The notes below the pieces were generated by a model. The model was given only the letters and a program-made list of their open reading frames with translations, did not search any database and had not been told where the DNA came from. A stretch of 60,350 nt of DNA, counting the filler, from Sphacelaria rigidula (taxonomy: Eukaryota), in assembly GCA_964200075.2 (NCBI GenBank). It is 3 parts of 3 records of this genome, joined end to end, with 100 filler letters (N's around TTAATTAATTAA, not from the genome) between each part and the next. Parts side by side here need not be neighbours in the genome. Positions count along the whole stretch, not along the records: positions 20,154 to 40,205 come from CAXNAA020000575.1; 2 more parts are not named here. One strand, given 5' to 3'. Positions 27,391-38,150 of the stretch are shown here, one piece after another. Numbering within the stretch: position 1 is the stretch's first letter; every line of letters begins with the position of its first letter. The position numbers and the translations under genes are program-made.

Positions 27391-28849
27391 GAATCCCGTA
27401 GAAACTGAAGACTATTTCTTGAAAGTAGTCGAATCGTCCCGTACCGTCAGTCGATAGGTTGACACTATGCTACTTCGCACAGTGGGAGTCCTACCACAGA
27501 GCAGTCAGAATCACGGGTCACAAGTCTCACCCGTCATAGTAATAAAAGTAACTGCACTTCACCAGTGTAGTGCAGCGCTGCGGCATAGTGCGGTCATACC
27601 TGGCCTGTGACCCACCGTACTCGGCTGGGACCCCCACAGGATGTATATATCCCGTACCCAGGATGGCGTAAACTACACCTTGCGATGACTGGAAGGTATC
27701 ACGCCCTGGACAATACAGCAACGGATACATACTGCCCGCTCGATATGTTGAGGCGTCAGGTGGTCAATATATATCGGGGCAGCATGTGGTGACACGAGGG
27801 ACAGGTCAGTATATATTGTGTCATCAATATGCTTTTGACTCGCGACATGCAATATATATATCGACCGAACTATATCTTACGACACGCGCCACCTCATTGT
27901 GTATGTGTCGAGTAACATATTGGCTGGCAAACGAGGTCAATATACGAAGGATGGTGACGATTTTATTCACTCAACACCCGAAGCGCTCATATATACTGCC
28001 ACCCCAATATGTCGTGCCTCTATGCGTCCTATATATATGGGGCGAACGCGACACCAGAGAATCGACGGGCACAATTTATTTCAATTTCACCTAGTGAATT
28101 TGGTTTCTGCTGCGAGTAAAAAATTCGACTGACCGGTGTTTTGCGACTTTTTTGCAACATTTTGTCCACTCTAAAATCCACATTAATTTTGTTTTGGGGA
28201 GGAAAACTTTGTCAAACAGAAACCAAACGCATCTTGCTCCAAGGGTCACCTGGACACACAGTAGTTGCTGCTGCCTACCTAGTATCATGCTCCAAATCGA
28301 AGTCTTGAGTGAGAACGCCCAGCGTTTGATGCCCACGTACAAGGATGACAGAGTGAGTTTTGGCTGCCGATGTCCACAACGACGGTGATCGACCGCGCGT
28401 ATATCTACATGTCACCGTTATGCTGAACTGCGACACAACACAGGAAGAGATTGCCAAGAGAAATGTTGTGGACGTGGTGTGGCCAAGAGGAATATCCAAC
28501 ATTGAGGTAGTGGGAGTTCCCAAAGGAAATCTACGTGAAGCGGTGCTTGTTTTGTTCTATTCAACATACAGGCAGTACAGTGCTGGGCTGTACTTTCCGC
28601 ACAGTATGTGTGTTGGGCCGGTTCATTGCCAACAAATAGCAAAGCCGTACCTACCAATAATGATGCCGTACGGGGAATATCACCCGATTCGCCGCCTCGC
28701 TTGTTCGCCGCTCCTTTCCTCTACGGACATGTTCTTCTCCACTTCCTCCGACGTACCTCTACCACCTACCGTTTCGGTATACCCTACGCGGGCGAACGCT
28801 GCCGACATGCACGTGCGGTACAGTACAGCAACTATTTCACAGGCCCCTG

Positions 28850-29660
28850 AGGGCCCCTCTTAACGGAGGGGATAATCCCCGTTTTCACAATCCCCTTTTG
28901 ATAAGGGATTGGACCCATAACGACCAGTCCCGAGTCCGACCGACAAGCAGTGTTGTACAGATTGGAACCCAGATCTGCATCCAGGTTGAGAAATTCGGCG
29001 GTCTCGAAGTGGTCGTTAGTGCAAGGTCTCTGTAATCCTGCAAGCAAGAGGCAACAAGGCAGCACAACATCTACACACCCAGCCCCGAAAAACACGCACA
29101 GGCACCCACCACTCACGCGTATGAGTTTCGCTGCTAGCTCTCGTTAACCTACGTACGGCAGTCTTTGTTCGACGGAAATCCGTTGTCTATTGGACGAACG
29201 GCGGCCGCGTGCGTGTCAGAAACAACCGAAAACGTGTCGCTGCTGACCTTTTCGTAAGCGTGTGCTGTGCGCGCGTGTCACCCAAATTTTTCCTAGTAAA
29301 TTCTGAACAGATTCGAGCCAGGTCACGCACAACGTGCACAGCTCATGAGCAGCTACGAGTCGAGCTGTGCGTTTTTTATTTGCGGGGCCACAAAGTTCCT
29401 CAGGTTCAGCTCTGATTGTGTTGGATTGTGTGGTAAGCCTTTGCATGTGCCCCCGTCAACAGAACATGTATGTTCCCCTTCGAGATGCACATAAATTCCC
29501 TGTGGAAGAGAGGATTTCAGGAAGTATTTTTGCACTTCCTGAAATCCCCTCAAAAAGGGGATTTTATGTACACGTGAAAGGGATTTTATGGGGGGGGTGT
29601 TTTCGCAGCGACCAATCGGCGGTCGTTTTTCAGAAAGGGGATTTTGAAAAGGGGATTTAT
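28850..29660 (-). mobile_element. Second, inverted copy of the 9650-10468 element
   Basis: Reverse-complement similarity over ~0.8 kb. Confidence 0.8.
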
Positions 29661-30241
29661 CCAAGGTGGTGGTCTGTAAGGTACGGGTACGTTCTATAGG
29701 GTATGAAATTTCTTACAAAACTTACAGAACCGTCGGCTACCGGTATGAAAGTCTTACAGAGTTTACCGAACTGTCGGGTACCGGTATGAAAGTCTTCCAG
29801 AAGTCACAGAACTTGTCGGGTACGGTATGGGAGGCTTACAGAAAATCGGCACCGGCAATCGGGTAACTCTTATAGGGCATACCCGCCCCTCGGGTCAGGG
29901 TAAAGGCTTTGTACAGAACTCACAGAACTGTCCGGTAAGGGAATGAGAGGCTTACAGAACTCACAGAAACTATCGGGTAGGGTAAGGAGGTTGCACAGAT
30001 AAGCGTACCCGCAACCGGGTATCTTATCAAGAGCATACCCGTGCCCCCCGGTAACAGTACAGAAGGCCTACAGAACTCACAGAACTATCGGGTACGGGTA
30101 TGAAGGTCTTGAAGAGATTACAGAACTGTCGGGTACCGGTATGGAAATCTTACAGAGTTTTCAGAAATGTCGGGTACGGTAAATACCCGGCAAAATATTC
30201 CTGGTATACAGAAAACCGCACCCTACAAAACACGACCTTGG
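29661..30241. mobile_element. TIR element filled with ~41-bp tandem repeats
   Basis: Left end ccaaggtggtggtctgtaaggtacgg vs reverse complement of the right end ccaaggtcgtgttttgtagggtgcgg. Internal unit is approximately cttacagaactcacagaactgtcgggtaccggtatgaaagt. Confidence 0.8.
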
Positions 30242-30904
30242 TATTACCATCAACCCTGTGGTGGGACCTACGTCACTACAACAGTGGCGAAATACAGCAG
30301 ATGACAGTTCACAAAGACTCTGGACGGCTTCACGGGGTTGATGGAGAAAGACACACGAAGAATCGCAGTAGTACATGCGCATGGGATCATCAACATCTAT
30401 CGGCTTTACGTACACTCCCAGAGAGTACATGCAGGCATTCACGGCTGCCAGGTCTCTGGAAGCCCTTCGGCATGCGACCAAAACGCCGACGGCCTTGACG
30501 ACTTTCGGTGGTGGCTCATACTCTGTGCTGTACAGTACACAACGGCCTGGGGTTTGATGACCACGACATCACCATCAACGTCGATGGCGTGTGTCTTGCT
30601 ACTTGATCCTCTCGTGGCGCAGATGAGCCGCCCCCGCTGGAGTCACCAGTCGAGTCTGGGGGTGATCCATTCTGACAGTCTGCAGTGTTGCTCATGTTTC
30701 GTGTTTCCACTCAGCGGTACCTCGTATCCCGCCAGATCCCACACTACAGAAGTTTTCAACATTGAATTGTTGCTGGTGCGCAGTTTTGAATAAAGGAATT
30801 AGGCGGGTTGATCGATAGGAGGTACACGTTCAGGTCATGAGGTTGTGTTTGAATTGAACCTATATCCGTCCCTCCCCAAGGTATCAACCTGCGCTCATAC
30901 CTGC

Positions 30905-31235
30905 AATCGGGTATATCTATAACGGTATACCCTAACCCCCGGTAGGGGTATGGGAGGCTTACAGAGCTCACAGAACTGTCGGGTACCGGTACTGAATGGA
31001 AGTCTTGAGGAACTTGTCGGGTACGGTATGGGAGGCTCACAAAAAACCGGTACCGGCAATCGGGTATCCTTCAGGAGCATACTATCGCTCCGGGTACGGG
31101 TGAACATTCTGTACAGAATCCATACACCTGTCGGGTAAGGGTACGGGAGGCTTATAGAACTCACAGAAACCGTCGGGTAGGGTATGGAGGTTGCACAGAA
31201 AACCGTCCCGCAATCGGGTATCTTATCAAGAGCAC
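30905..31235. repeat. Partial second copy of the ~41-bp minisatellite element
   Basis: Units gaggcttacagagctcacagaactgtcgggtaccggta and gggtatcttatcaagagca are shared with 29661-30241. Confidence 0.8.
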
Positions 31236-33769
31236 TGTTCATCCACGATATATTGCACACTGTAAAGGGAATGGGAGACACCGCATCGGTGGCCAGGTAG
31301 GTATCAGCAGGTATATATATGTACCGGGTTACCTTTTCTGTCACCTTATTTTCCGGTCGAAGTATACATATCAAACTCATTAGACAACTCTCCGTAGCTA
31401 TGCACGCGAAATTCTGCAGCTTCCTTTCAAGGTTTTTCCAATCTACACGGGCTCCGGGATCCATCGCGTCTGGGTATTTTTCAAAGCGTACACCATACCT
31501 ATTATATTGCGTGGCCTTCGAGGTTTGCGGGGCCTTGCTGAGCCGATGTCCCTGCAGGAGGTTGGCGATTGCCGTCTTGACGGCCTCCCGTACACGGGTT
31601 GTTGCCGCAACGGGTTGACGCGGCAAGACGGCGCAGTCATTGTCCCTCGATCCTTGCGAGATCTCACAACTGTCCCCATCGTCTAACCTCGTCGAATCAC
31701 CACCAGAATCACGGCTAGCGGTCGGTCGTACCAGCTTCACTTAGAAATGCGTCCATTTCCTACTGGTTTCGACTGTCGTTTCTTTACGCAAATGGTCGCC
31801 TTGCTCGTCCGTTATGCGGTGGAGGGAGGGGGGTTGGTTTGCCGGTAGGGAGCAGAGAGCCACAAAGGTATGTTTTTCCGCGGGCAGCTGGCAGCCATTC
31901 ACTATTGTTGCAGCTGACAGGCACAACATAGTACATACCCTGGAAGCTGACTTGTTCGTACACAACAGAGGTATCTCAAACTCTAGGCTCCCGGTATATA
32001 ATAGTAATGCACAGTAAAAAATATCAGAACCTCGAGTTTGAAATATCTCCCACGCTCCTGGTTTGTTTGCTGGCTCTGGGTGACGGCCTTGTTTCAAGTA
32101 TAAGTGATTCCGATTCATCAGCCAGCGCAACCTCACAGCCCCAAGGGTCAGGCAAATTATGAATCGGATCACTTTCTCTCGAAGAATTACTCCGAAATAT
32201 CCCGAAGGGACAACGCAACACTCTCGGCTTTTTTTTCCTCGGCATGATTCGAGATGACTCTCGTATAAGCCGTCTGCACGCCAACAAAATATTGTAATAT
32301 TAACCGGTTGAATAACCTGGATGAAAGATTTGTTCGACGGAGTGAGTTTCAGTACGTGTAACAATATGGGTTTAGTGATGCATGTACTCGACATCGATGC
32401 GCCCACCCCATGTATACTGGATGTGTGATATGTTGTAACACCCGCTATCCCGATATATATATACATATATGTATATATACTTGTACTGATACCCTGATCG
32501 GGTACTGATATACTGACCGGGCAATATGGTCGCACCCATACAACCCCAATATATATTGAACTTTCGCAGAGGCCGCAAAGCAATCGCAACAGCACAAAAT
32601 CACGGGGACTAGGTTTAGCTTAGTCGCTTCAGACCTTGCCGGAGCCAAAGTTTGATCAAAATATTTTAGCAAACCCTTGCTGGTGTGATTCACCTGTCTC
32701 TTCCGAGTTGTCCTGTCCAATAGTTCATCGCCGTGACGCTTGCCACTAGCCATGATACGACCCGTGCATCTCTGCTGGCGCTGTTGAAGATGAAAGCTGA
32801 CCGCCTCTCACCGCGAGCGCCTGTTTAAATGCGTACCCAAGGATGTGGTGTACGCGGCGCTGCACAACGATCACTCACTCTGTCGGTGACAGTGTCTGGC
32901 TATTCATTCTGTCCAACATTTTCTAGCGGGCTCGTCCTGTCTGATCTGCGAGCCCTGTGTTTTTTTTTTATGAATATGACAGGTCTCCCTGACACGGCTG
33001 AGCATGCCTTGACGTTGACATCCTGGTTCACATATTTTCTGCAACATGGCTTTGCTCTCGTATGATACAAGTACTTAACCAGCATCCGACCCCTATTGCA
33101 ATACTGTAGAAGCCGCCGCGCCCCGGTGGTGTGATGGTCCGACTGTCGCCATCGGGGTGGAGAGTACAAGGGTTCGATTCTCGATGCATTGGATTTTACT
33201 TCGTAATGCCTGATTTTTACCGTGGAAAGCGTGAGAACGTGAGTAAACAAAGGAGTCGACGGAGTTTGTTTGACGTGAGTTGACGTGGTGCGGGAGTGCT
33301 GCCCCATTCCGCAAGACAAGAATGTAAGGGGTGTACCGTTGGAGAGATGGATTGATCCCGTTGGAGAGATGGGTTGATCCCGTGAGACCACAGACTCATC
33401 CCGAGGGAGGGGGGGGGTTCAAAGTGCAACAAATAAGAAAAAAGAAGACGACGTCCCATTCGCTCGAATCTTGTTGGGAGTAGTACTGTAATTTTTGGCG
33501 TCAGTTCGCATGAAGCGTGGTCTGAGTTGATTGCAGTCAGCTGCTTTTTCTCCACAGTATGTGCCTCTATAACAGTAACATTGGTTCTCCAAAGCGTTTC
33601 AGCTCTCTTTCACCCACGGTTCACGAGGTATTTGCCGCCGTCTGTTCGTGCTACTGTGACCAGTTGATTTCAATACACGACGCGACGGAGCTGATCGACG
33701 ACGTCACGGAAAGGAAGTGAGTGCATCAGTAAGGACCGCTACAAGCCACCTCGAGGTTGACGAGGCTAC

Positions 33770-33917
33770 AAGGCGGAGTTCTTCCAAACACGCCAGGAAG
33801 GGAAGGGTGAATGTGGGGAAAGAGAGGTGGGGCGACGGGGGCTGCTCCACGTGTGCGTTGTATAGTGTAGCGGGGAGCACGTAAGCGGAGTTCTGCTCCA
33901 AGCACGCCAGGGCGGAA
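33770..33917 (+). pseudogene. Decayed EsV-1-7 repeats immediately upstream of the ORF
   Basis: Translates as KAEF/(frameshift)SKHARKGRVNVGKERWGDGGCSTCALYSVAGST*AEFCSKHARAE. There is an in-frame TAA at 33882-33884 and the first Cys is replaced by Trp. Confidence 0.8.
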
Positions 33918-36900
33918 ATGATGAATGTGGTGCGCAAGAGATGCGGCCACGGGGGCTGCTCCTCGCGTTCAACGTATGGTGTAGCGGGAGGGAAGACGGC
34001 GGAGTTCTGCTCCAAGCACGCCAGGGCGGGAATGGCGAATGTTGTGGATAAGAAGTGCGGCTACGAGGGCTGCTCCACGCACCCATCGTATGGTCTAGCG
34101 GGAAGCAAGAAAGCAGAGCTCTGCTCCAAGCATGCCAGGATGGGAATGGTGAATGTGGTGGGCAAGAAGTGCGGCTACGAGGGCTGCTCCATGCGTGCAT
34201 CGTATGGTGTAGCGGGGACCAAGAAAGCAGAGTTCTGTACCAAGCATGCCAGGGCGGGAATGGTGGATGTGGCGAGCAAGAGGTGCGGCTACGAGGGCTG
34301 CTCCACGCACCCATCGTATGGTGTAGCGGGAAGCAAAAAAGAGTTCTGCTTCGAGCATGCCAGGGCGGGAATGGTGAATGTGGTGGGTAAGAGGTGCGGC
34401 TACGAGGGCTGCTCCACGCGTCCAACGTATGGTGTAGCGGGAACTAAGAAAGCAGAGTTCTGCTCCAAGCATGCCAGGGCGGGAATGCTGGATGTGGCGA
34501 GCAAGAGGTGCGGCTACGAGGGCTGCTCTACGCACCCATCGTTTGGTGTAGCGGGCAGCAAGAAAGCAGAGTTCTGCTCCAAGCATGCCAGGGCGGGAAT
34601 GGTGAATGTGGTGGGTAAGAGGTGCGGCTACGAGGGCTGCTACATGCGTCCATCGTATGGTGTAGCGGGAGGCAAGAAAGCAGAGTTCTGCTCCAAGCAT
34701 GCCAAGGCGGGGATGTTGGATGTGGCGAACAAGAGGTGCGGCTACGAGGGCTGCTCCACGCGTCCATCGTATGGTGTAGCGGGAAGCAAGAAAGCAGAGT
34801 TCTGCTCCAAGCACGCCAGGGCGGAAATGGTGGATATGACGAACAAAGGTTGCGGCTCCGAGGGCTGCTCCACGCGTCCATCGTATGGTGTAGCGGGGAG
34901 CAAGAGAGCGGCGTTCTGCTCCAAGCACGCCAGGGCGGGAATGGTGAATGTGTTGGATAAGAGGTGCGGCTACGAGAGCTGCTCCACGCGTTTATCTCAT
35001 GGTGTGGGGGGAAGCAGAGAGGCGGAGTTCTGTTACAAGCATGCCAGGGCGGGGATGTTGGATGTGGTGGGCAAGAGGTGCGGCTACGAGGGCTGCTCTT
35101 TACGTTCGTCGTATGGTGTAGCGGGAAGCAGGAAAGCAGAGTTCTGCTCCAAGCACGCCAGGGGGGAAATGGTGGATATGACAAACAAAAGGTGCGGCTA
35201 CGAGGGCTGCTCCACGCGTCCATCGTATGGTGTAGCGGGAAGCAAGAGAGCGGAGTTCTGCTCCAAGCACGCCAGGGCAGGAATGGTGCATGTGTTGGAT
35301 AGGAGGTGCGGCTACGAGGGCTGTTTTACACGTTCATCGTATGGTGTAGCGGGAAGCAAGACGGCGGAGTTCTGCTCCAAGCACGCCAGGGCGGGAATGG
35401 TGCATGTGGTGGGTAAGAAGTGCCTCTACGAGGGCTGCTCTACGCGTTCAACCTATGGTGTAGCGGGAACCAAGAAAGCAGAGTTCTGCTCCAAGCACGC
35501 AAGGGCGGGAATGGTGGATGTGGCGAACAAGAGGTGCGGCTACGAGGGCTGCTCCACGCGTCCATCGTATGGTGTAGCGGGAAGAAAGACGGCGGAGTTC
35601 TGCTCCAAGCACGCCAGGGCGGGAATGGTGCATTTGGTGGATAGGAGGTGTGGCTACGCGGGCTGCTCCACGCGTCCAACGTATGGTGTAGCGGGAAGCA
35701 AGACGGCGGAGTTCTGCTCCAAGCACGCCAGGGCGGAAATGGTGGATGTGACAAACAAAAGGTGCGGCTCCGAGGGCTGCTCCACGCGTCCATCGTATGG
35801 TGTAGCGGGGAGCAAGAGAGCGGAGTTCTGCTCCAAGCATGCCAAGGCGGGAATGGTGAATGTGTTGGATAAGAGGTGCGGCTACGTGGGCTGCTACACG
35901 TGTCCCTCGTATGGTGCAGCGGGAAGCAAGAAGGTGGAGTTCTGCTCCAAGCACGCCAAGGCGGGAATGGTGAATGTGGTGGGCAAGCGGTGCGGCTACG
36001 AGGGCTGCTCTACACGTTCGTCGTATGGTGTAGCGGGCAGCAAGAAAGCGGAATTCTGCTTCAAGCACGCCAGGGCGGGAATGGCAAATATTGTCGATAA
36101 GAGGTGTGGCTACGCGAACTGCTCCACACACTCATCGTATGGTGTAGCGGGAAGTAAGAAAGCAGAGTTCTGCTCCAAGCATGCCAGGGCGGGGATGTTG
36201 GATGTGGCGGGCAAGAAGTGCGACTCCGAGGACTGCTCCACGCGTCCATCGTGTGGTGTAGCGGGAAGCAAGAGAGCGGAGTTCTGCTCCGAGCATGCCA
36301 GGGCAGGAATGGTGGGTGTGGCGAACAAGAGATGTGGCTACGAGGGCTGCTCCAAACGGGCTATCGACGCGAAGCAAAACGTTGATGAGTCGAAGTTTTG
36401 CGGGCGGCACGCTAGTGCAAACAACACAGCTACGGTGTCCGACACCACGACGCTCAACATTTGGGAGGGCACCCCCGGCCCTAGCCTGACTGCGGGCGAC
36501 GGAAAAAGCGTTGCTGATGTGCAAAGAGGGAAACGCAAGCGTGCAGCCTTCTCGGGTTCCGTTGCCAACGACAATGATGGTGTTCACCGTGGTGTGTACG
36601 CCGGTCTTAGGCAGGATGTAAGAATGACACTGCCCTCGGGGCACTTACCTTCGATGGCTGAGGGTAAAGTGTTGTTGGGGGCAAGGCCAGGAACAAGAAT
36701 GAAGGTGGAATTGGCAATGCCTCCTCCCACACACGGTGGCGATGGTGTGAGGGAGTATCGCGAGCACGCTGCTCCTTCGAGTGGTTGGAGCAGCTCACGT
36801 GTTGATGGTGGCTTCATGGTCAGAGGTGGTGTGAGTACGGGGCTGCTTTGTGGTCCGCTGGCAGTGATACCTGGATGCCTGGGCACATGCAGTGTTGTGG

Positions 36901-36986
36901 ATTTTGAAGAGGCAGAGGAGAATCCGAACCCGAAGTTGGAACTAGAAATGTCTACTTCGTTCCCTCGGACGTCCGGTACACGGTAG
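33918..36986 (+). CDS. EsV-1-7 cysteine-rich repeat protein (22 x 38-aa C-X4-C-X16-C-X2-H units plus ~185-aa C-terminal tail), uninterrupted ORF
   Basis: 1022-aa ORF with consensus MVNVVGKRCGYEGCSTRPSYGVAGSKKAEFCSKHARAG and a 114-bp DNA period (33918-36422). The Cys/His spacing matches the EsV-1-7 motif known from phaeovirus EsV-1 ORF7 and Ectocarpus IMMEDIATE UPRIGHT. Confidence 0.92.
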   Translation: MMNVVRKRCGHGGCSSRSTYGVAGGKTAEFCSKHARAGMANVVDKKCGYEGCSTHPSYGLAGSKKAELCSKHARMGMVNVVGKKCGYEGCSMRASYGVAGTKKAEFCTKHARAGMVDVASKRCGYEGCSTHPSYGVAGSKKEFCFEHARAGMVNVVGKRCGYEGCSTRPTYGVAGTKKAEFCSKHARAGMLDVASKRCGYEGCSTHPSFGVAGSKKAEFCSKHARAGMVNVVGKRCGYEGCYMRPSYGVAGGKKAEFCSKHAKAGMLDVANKRCGYEGCSTRPSYGVAGSKKAEFCSKHARAEMVDMTNKGCGSEGCSTRPSYGVAGSKRAAFCSKHARAGMVNVLDKRCGYESCSTRLSHGVGGSREAEFCYKHARAGMLDVVGKRCGYEGCSLRSSYGVAGSRKAEFCSKHARGEMVDMTNKRCGYEGCSTRPSYGVAGSKRAEFCSKHARAGMVHVLDRRCGYEGCFTRSSYGVAGSKTAEFCSKHARAGMVHVVGKKCLYEGCSTRSTYGVAGTKKAEFCSKHARAGMVDVANKRCGYEGCSTRPSYGVAGRKTAEFCSKHARAGMVHLVDRRCGYAGCSTRPTYGVAGSKTAEFCSKHARAEMVDVTNKRCGSEGCSTRPSYGVAGSKRAEFCSKHAKAGMVNVLDKRCGYVGCYTCPSYGAAGSKKVEFCSKHAKAGMVNVVGKRCGYEGCSTRSSYGVAGSKKAEFCFKHARAGMANIVDKRCGYANCSTHSSYGVAGSKKAEFCSKHARAGMLDVAGKKCDSEDCSTRPSCGVAGSKRAEFCSEHARAGMVGVANKRCGYEGCSKRAIDAKQNVDESKFCGRHASANNTATVSDTTTLNIWEGTPGPSLTAGDGKSVADVQRGKRKRAAFSGSVANDNDGVHRGVYAGLRQDVRMTLPSGHLPSMAEGKVLLGARPGTRMKVELAMPPPTHGGDGVREYREHAAPSSGWSSSRVDGGFMVRGGVSTGLLCGPLAVIPGCLGTCSVVDFEEAEENPNPKLELEMSTSFPRTSGTR

Positions 36987-37811
36987 ATCACATCGTTCGT
37001 TGTAGCGATCTCGTTGCTCATATTACCCGAGGAGAATGTCGACGTGTATTCTTGTACGTTGTCAGCGGTCTCACTGGGCAACGGGTCGGCGGGGTTGCTT
37101 CTGTTCTCTCAATGCATATCCATCCCTGAGCTTGTAGGGTCTTCGTTACCTAGCACCACGTTCCACCTGAATCTCATGTAGGCGCAGCTGCCATACTTGC
37201 GCTGATCGTGTGCTTCGGTAGCAAGTTGCGAACGGCTAGCAGACAGGCGACGTACCCTACAGTAGTATGCAGGGTATTCGTCATATTTGTGTATGTGTTT
37301 GTATTTTACTTCTCGTGTAACGCTATCGTGTGCTTACAGCTCGCACGCCATTTTTTTCTACTTGAAGATATAAACCGGAGGCTTCAGTGGCGAGCTACCA
37401 CAGGAAACTTATTAGGCGTCATGTATGGCCTGGAGAGTCATTTCAGAAGTGACTGTTTCAAGTATGAACTGACAATTCTGGCAGTCTGGGATGATAAATG
37501 GATTCCTGCCGATTCACAAGGCATTTGCACTACAAATATATACTAGATTCATCTTACGGCTCCTGACCTGGCTTGGCAATGGTGGGAAGCATGTGCACAC
37601 GTACACAGATAGCACCCTGTAGGACGTGCTGCATAGGGTTTTTCGCAGTGTTCGTGAAAACCCCTGTATAGCATTTGCAAACCCTAGTACCTCTACCAGC
37701 ATTTTGTGTAGCGTTTTTCTCGAGACCCTGTACGCAACCCTGTGGAGAGGCACTCCCGAGTCGAAAATTCCATTTTTCTTTACAAATTTATAGATTTATT
37801 TATTCAGAGCA

Positions 37812-38150
37812 GCTGCCCGAAATAATTCCTGTTTTTGCCCGATTTCCAATTTGGCAATCGGGCAAAAATAGGAATGATTTCGGGCAGCAGAAAAAGCTGT
37901 TCGAAATAGATCATTTTTTTGCTCATTTAAATTGGTCAAAAAAAGGATCTATCTTGAACAGCTTCATCTGCTACACAAGTCCCATACACAAGCATGGGAT
38001 ATGTGGAGCAGATAAAGCTGTTCAAAGTAGATCATTTTTTTGCCCAATTTATATGGCCAGAAAATGATTTATTTTGAATAGCTTCATCTGCTCCACAAAT
38101 CCGATACACACTGGCAGATTTGGAATATATACAGAAAAAGCTCGAAATAA
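37812..38150. repeat. Chain of adjacent palindromes / hairpins (~120-bp period)
   Basis: Hairpin at 37812-37888. Self-complementary units at 37886-37972 and 38007-38092 are also direct repeats of each other. Confidence 0.8.

Noticed and set aside
29661-31235. CRISPR-like array
   Set aside because: The units are contiguous degenerate tandem repeats with no unique spacers and no cas genes, in a eukaryotic context.
30895-32595. Two adjacent 281-aa and 284-aa ORFs as intact genes
   Set aside because: They have non-ATG starts, run through minisatellite and AT-rich low-complexity DNA, and show no recognisable domain. Retained only as a low-interest finding.
33704-36644. Many antisense and alternative-frame ORFs over the EsV-1-7 array
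   Set aside because: They are shadows of the GC-rich 114-bp coding repeat; only the + frame preserves the Cys/His motif throughout.
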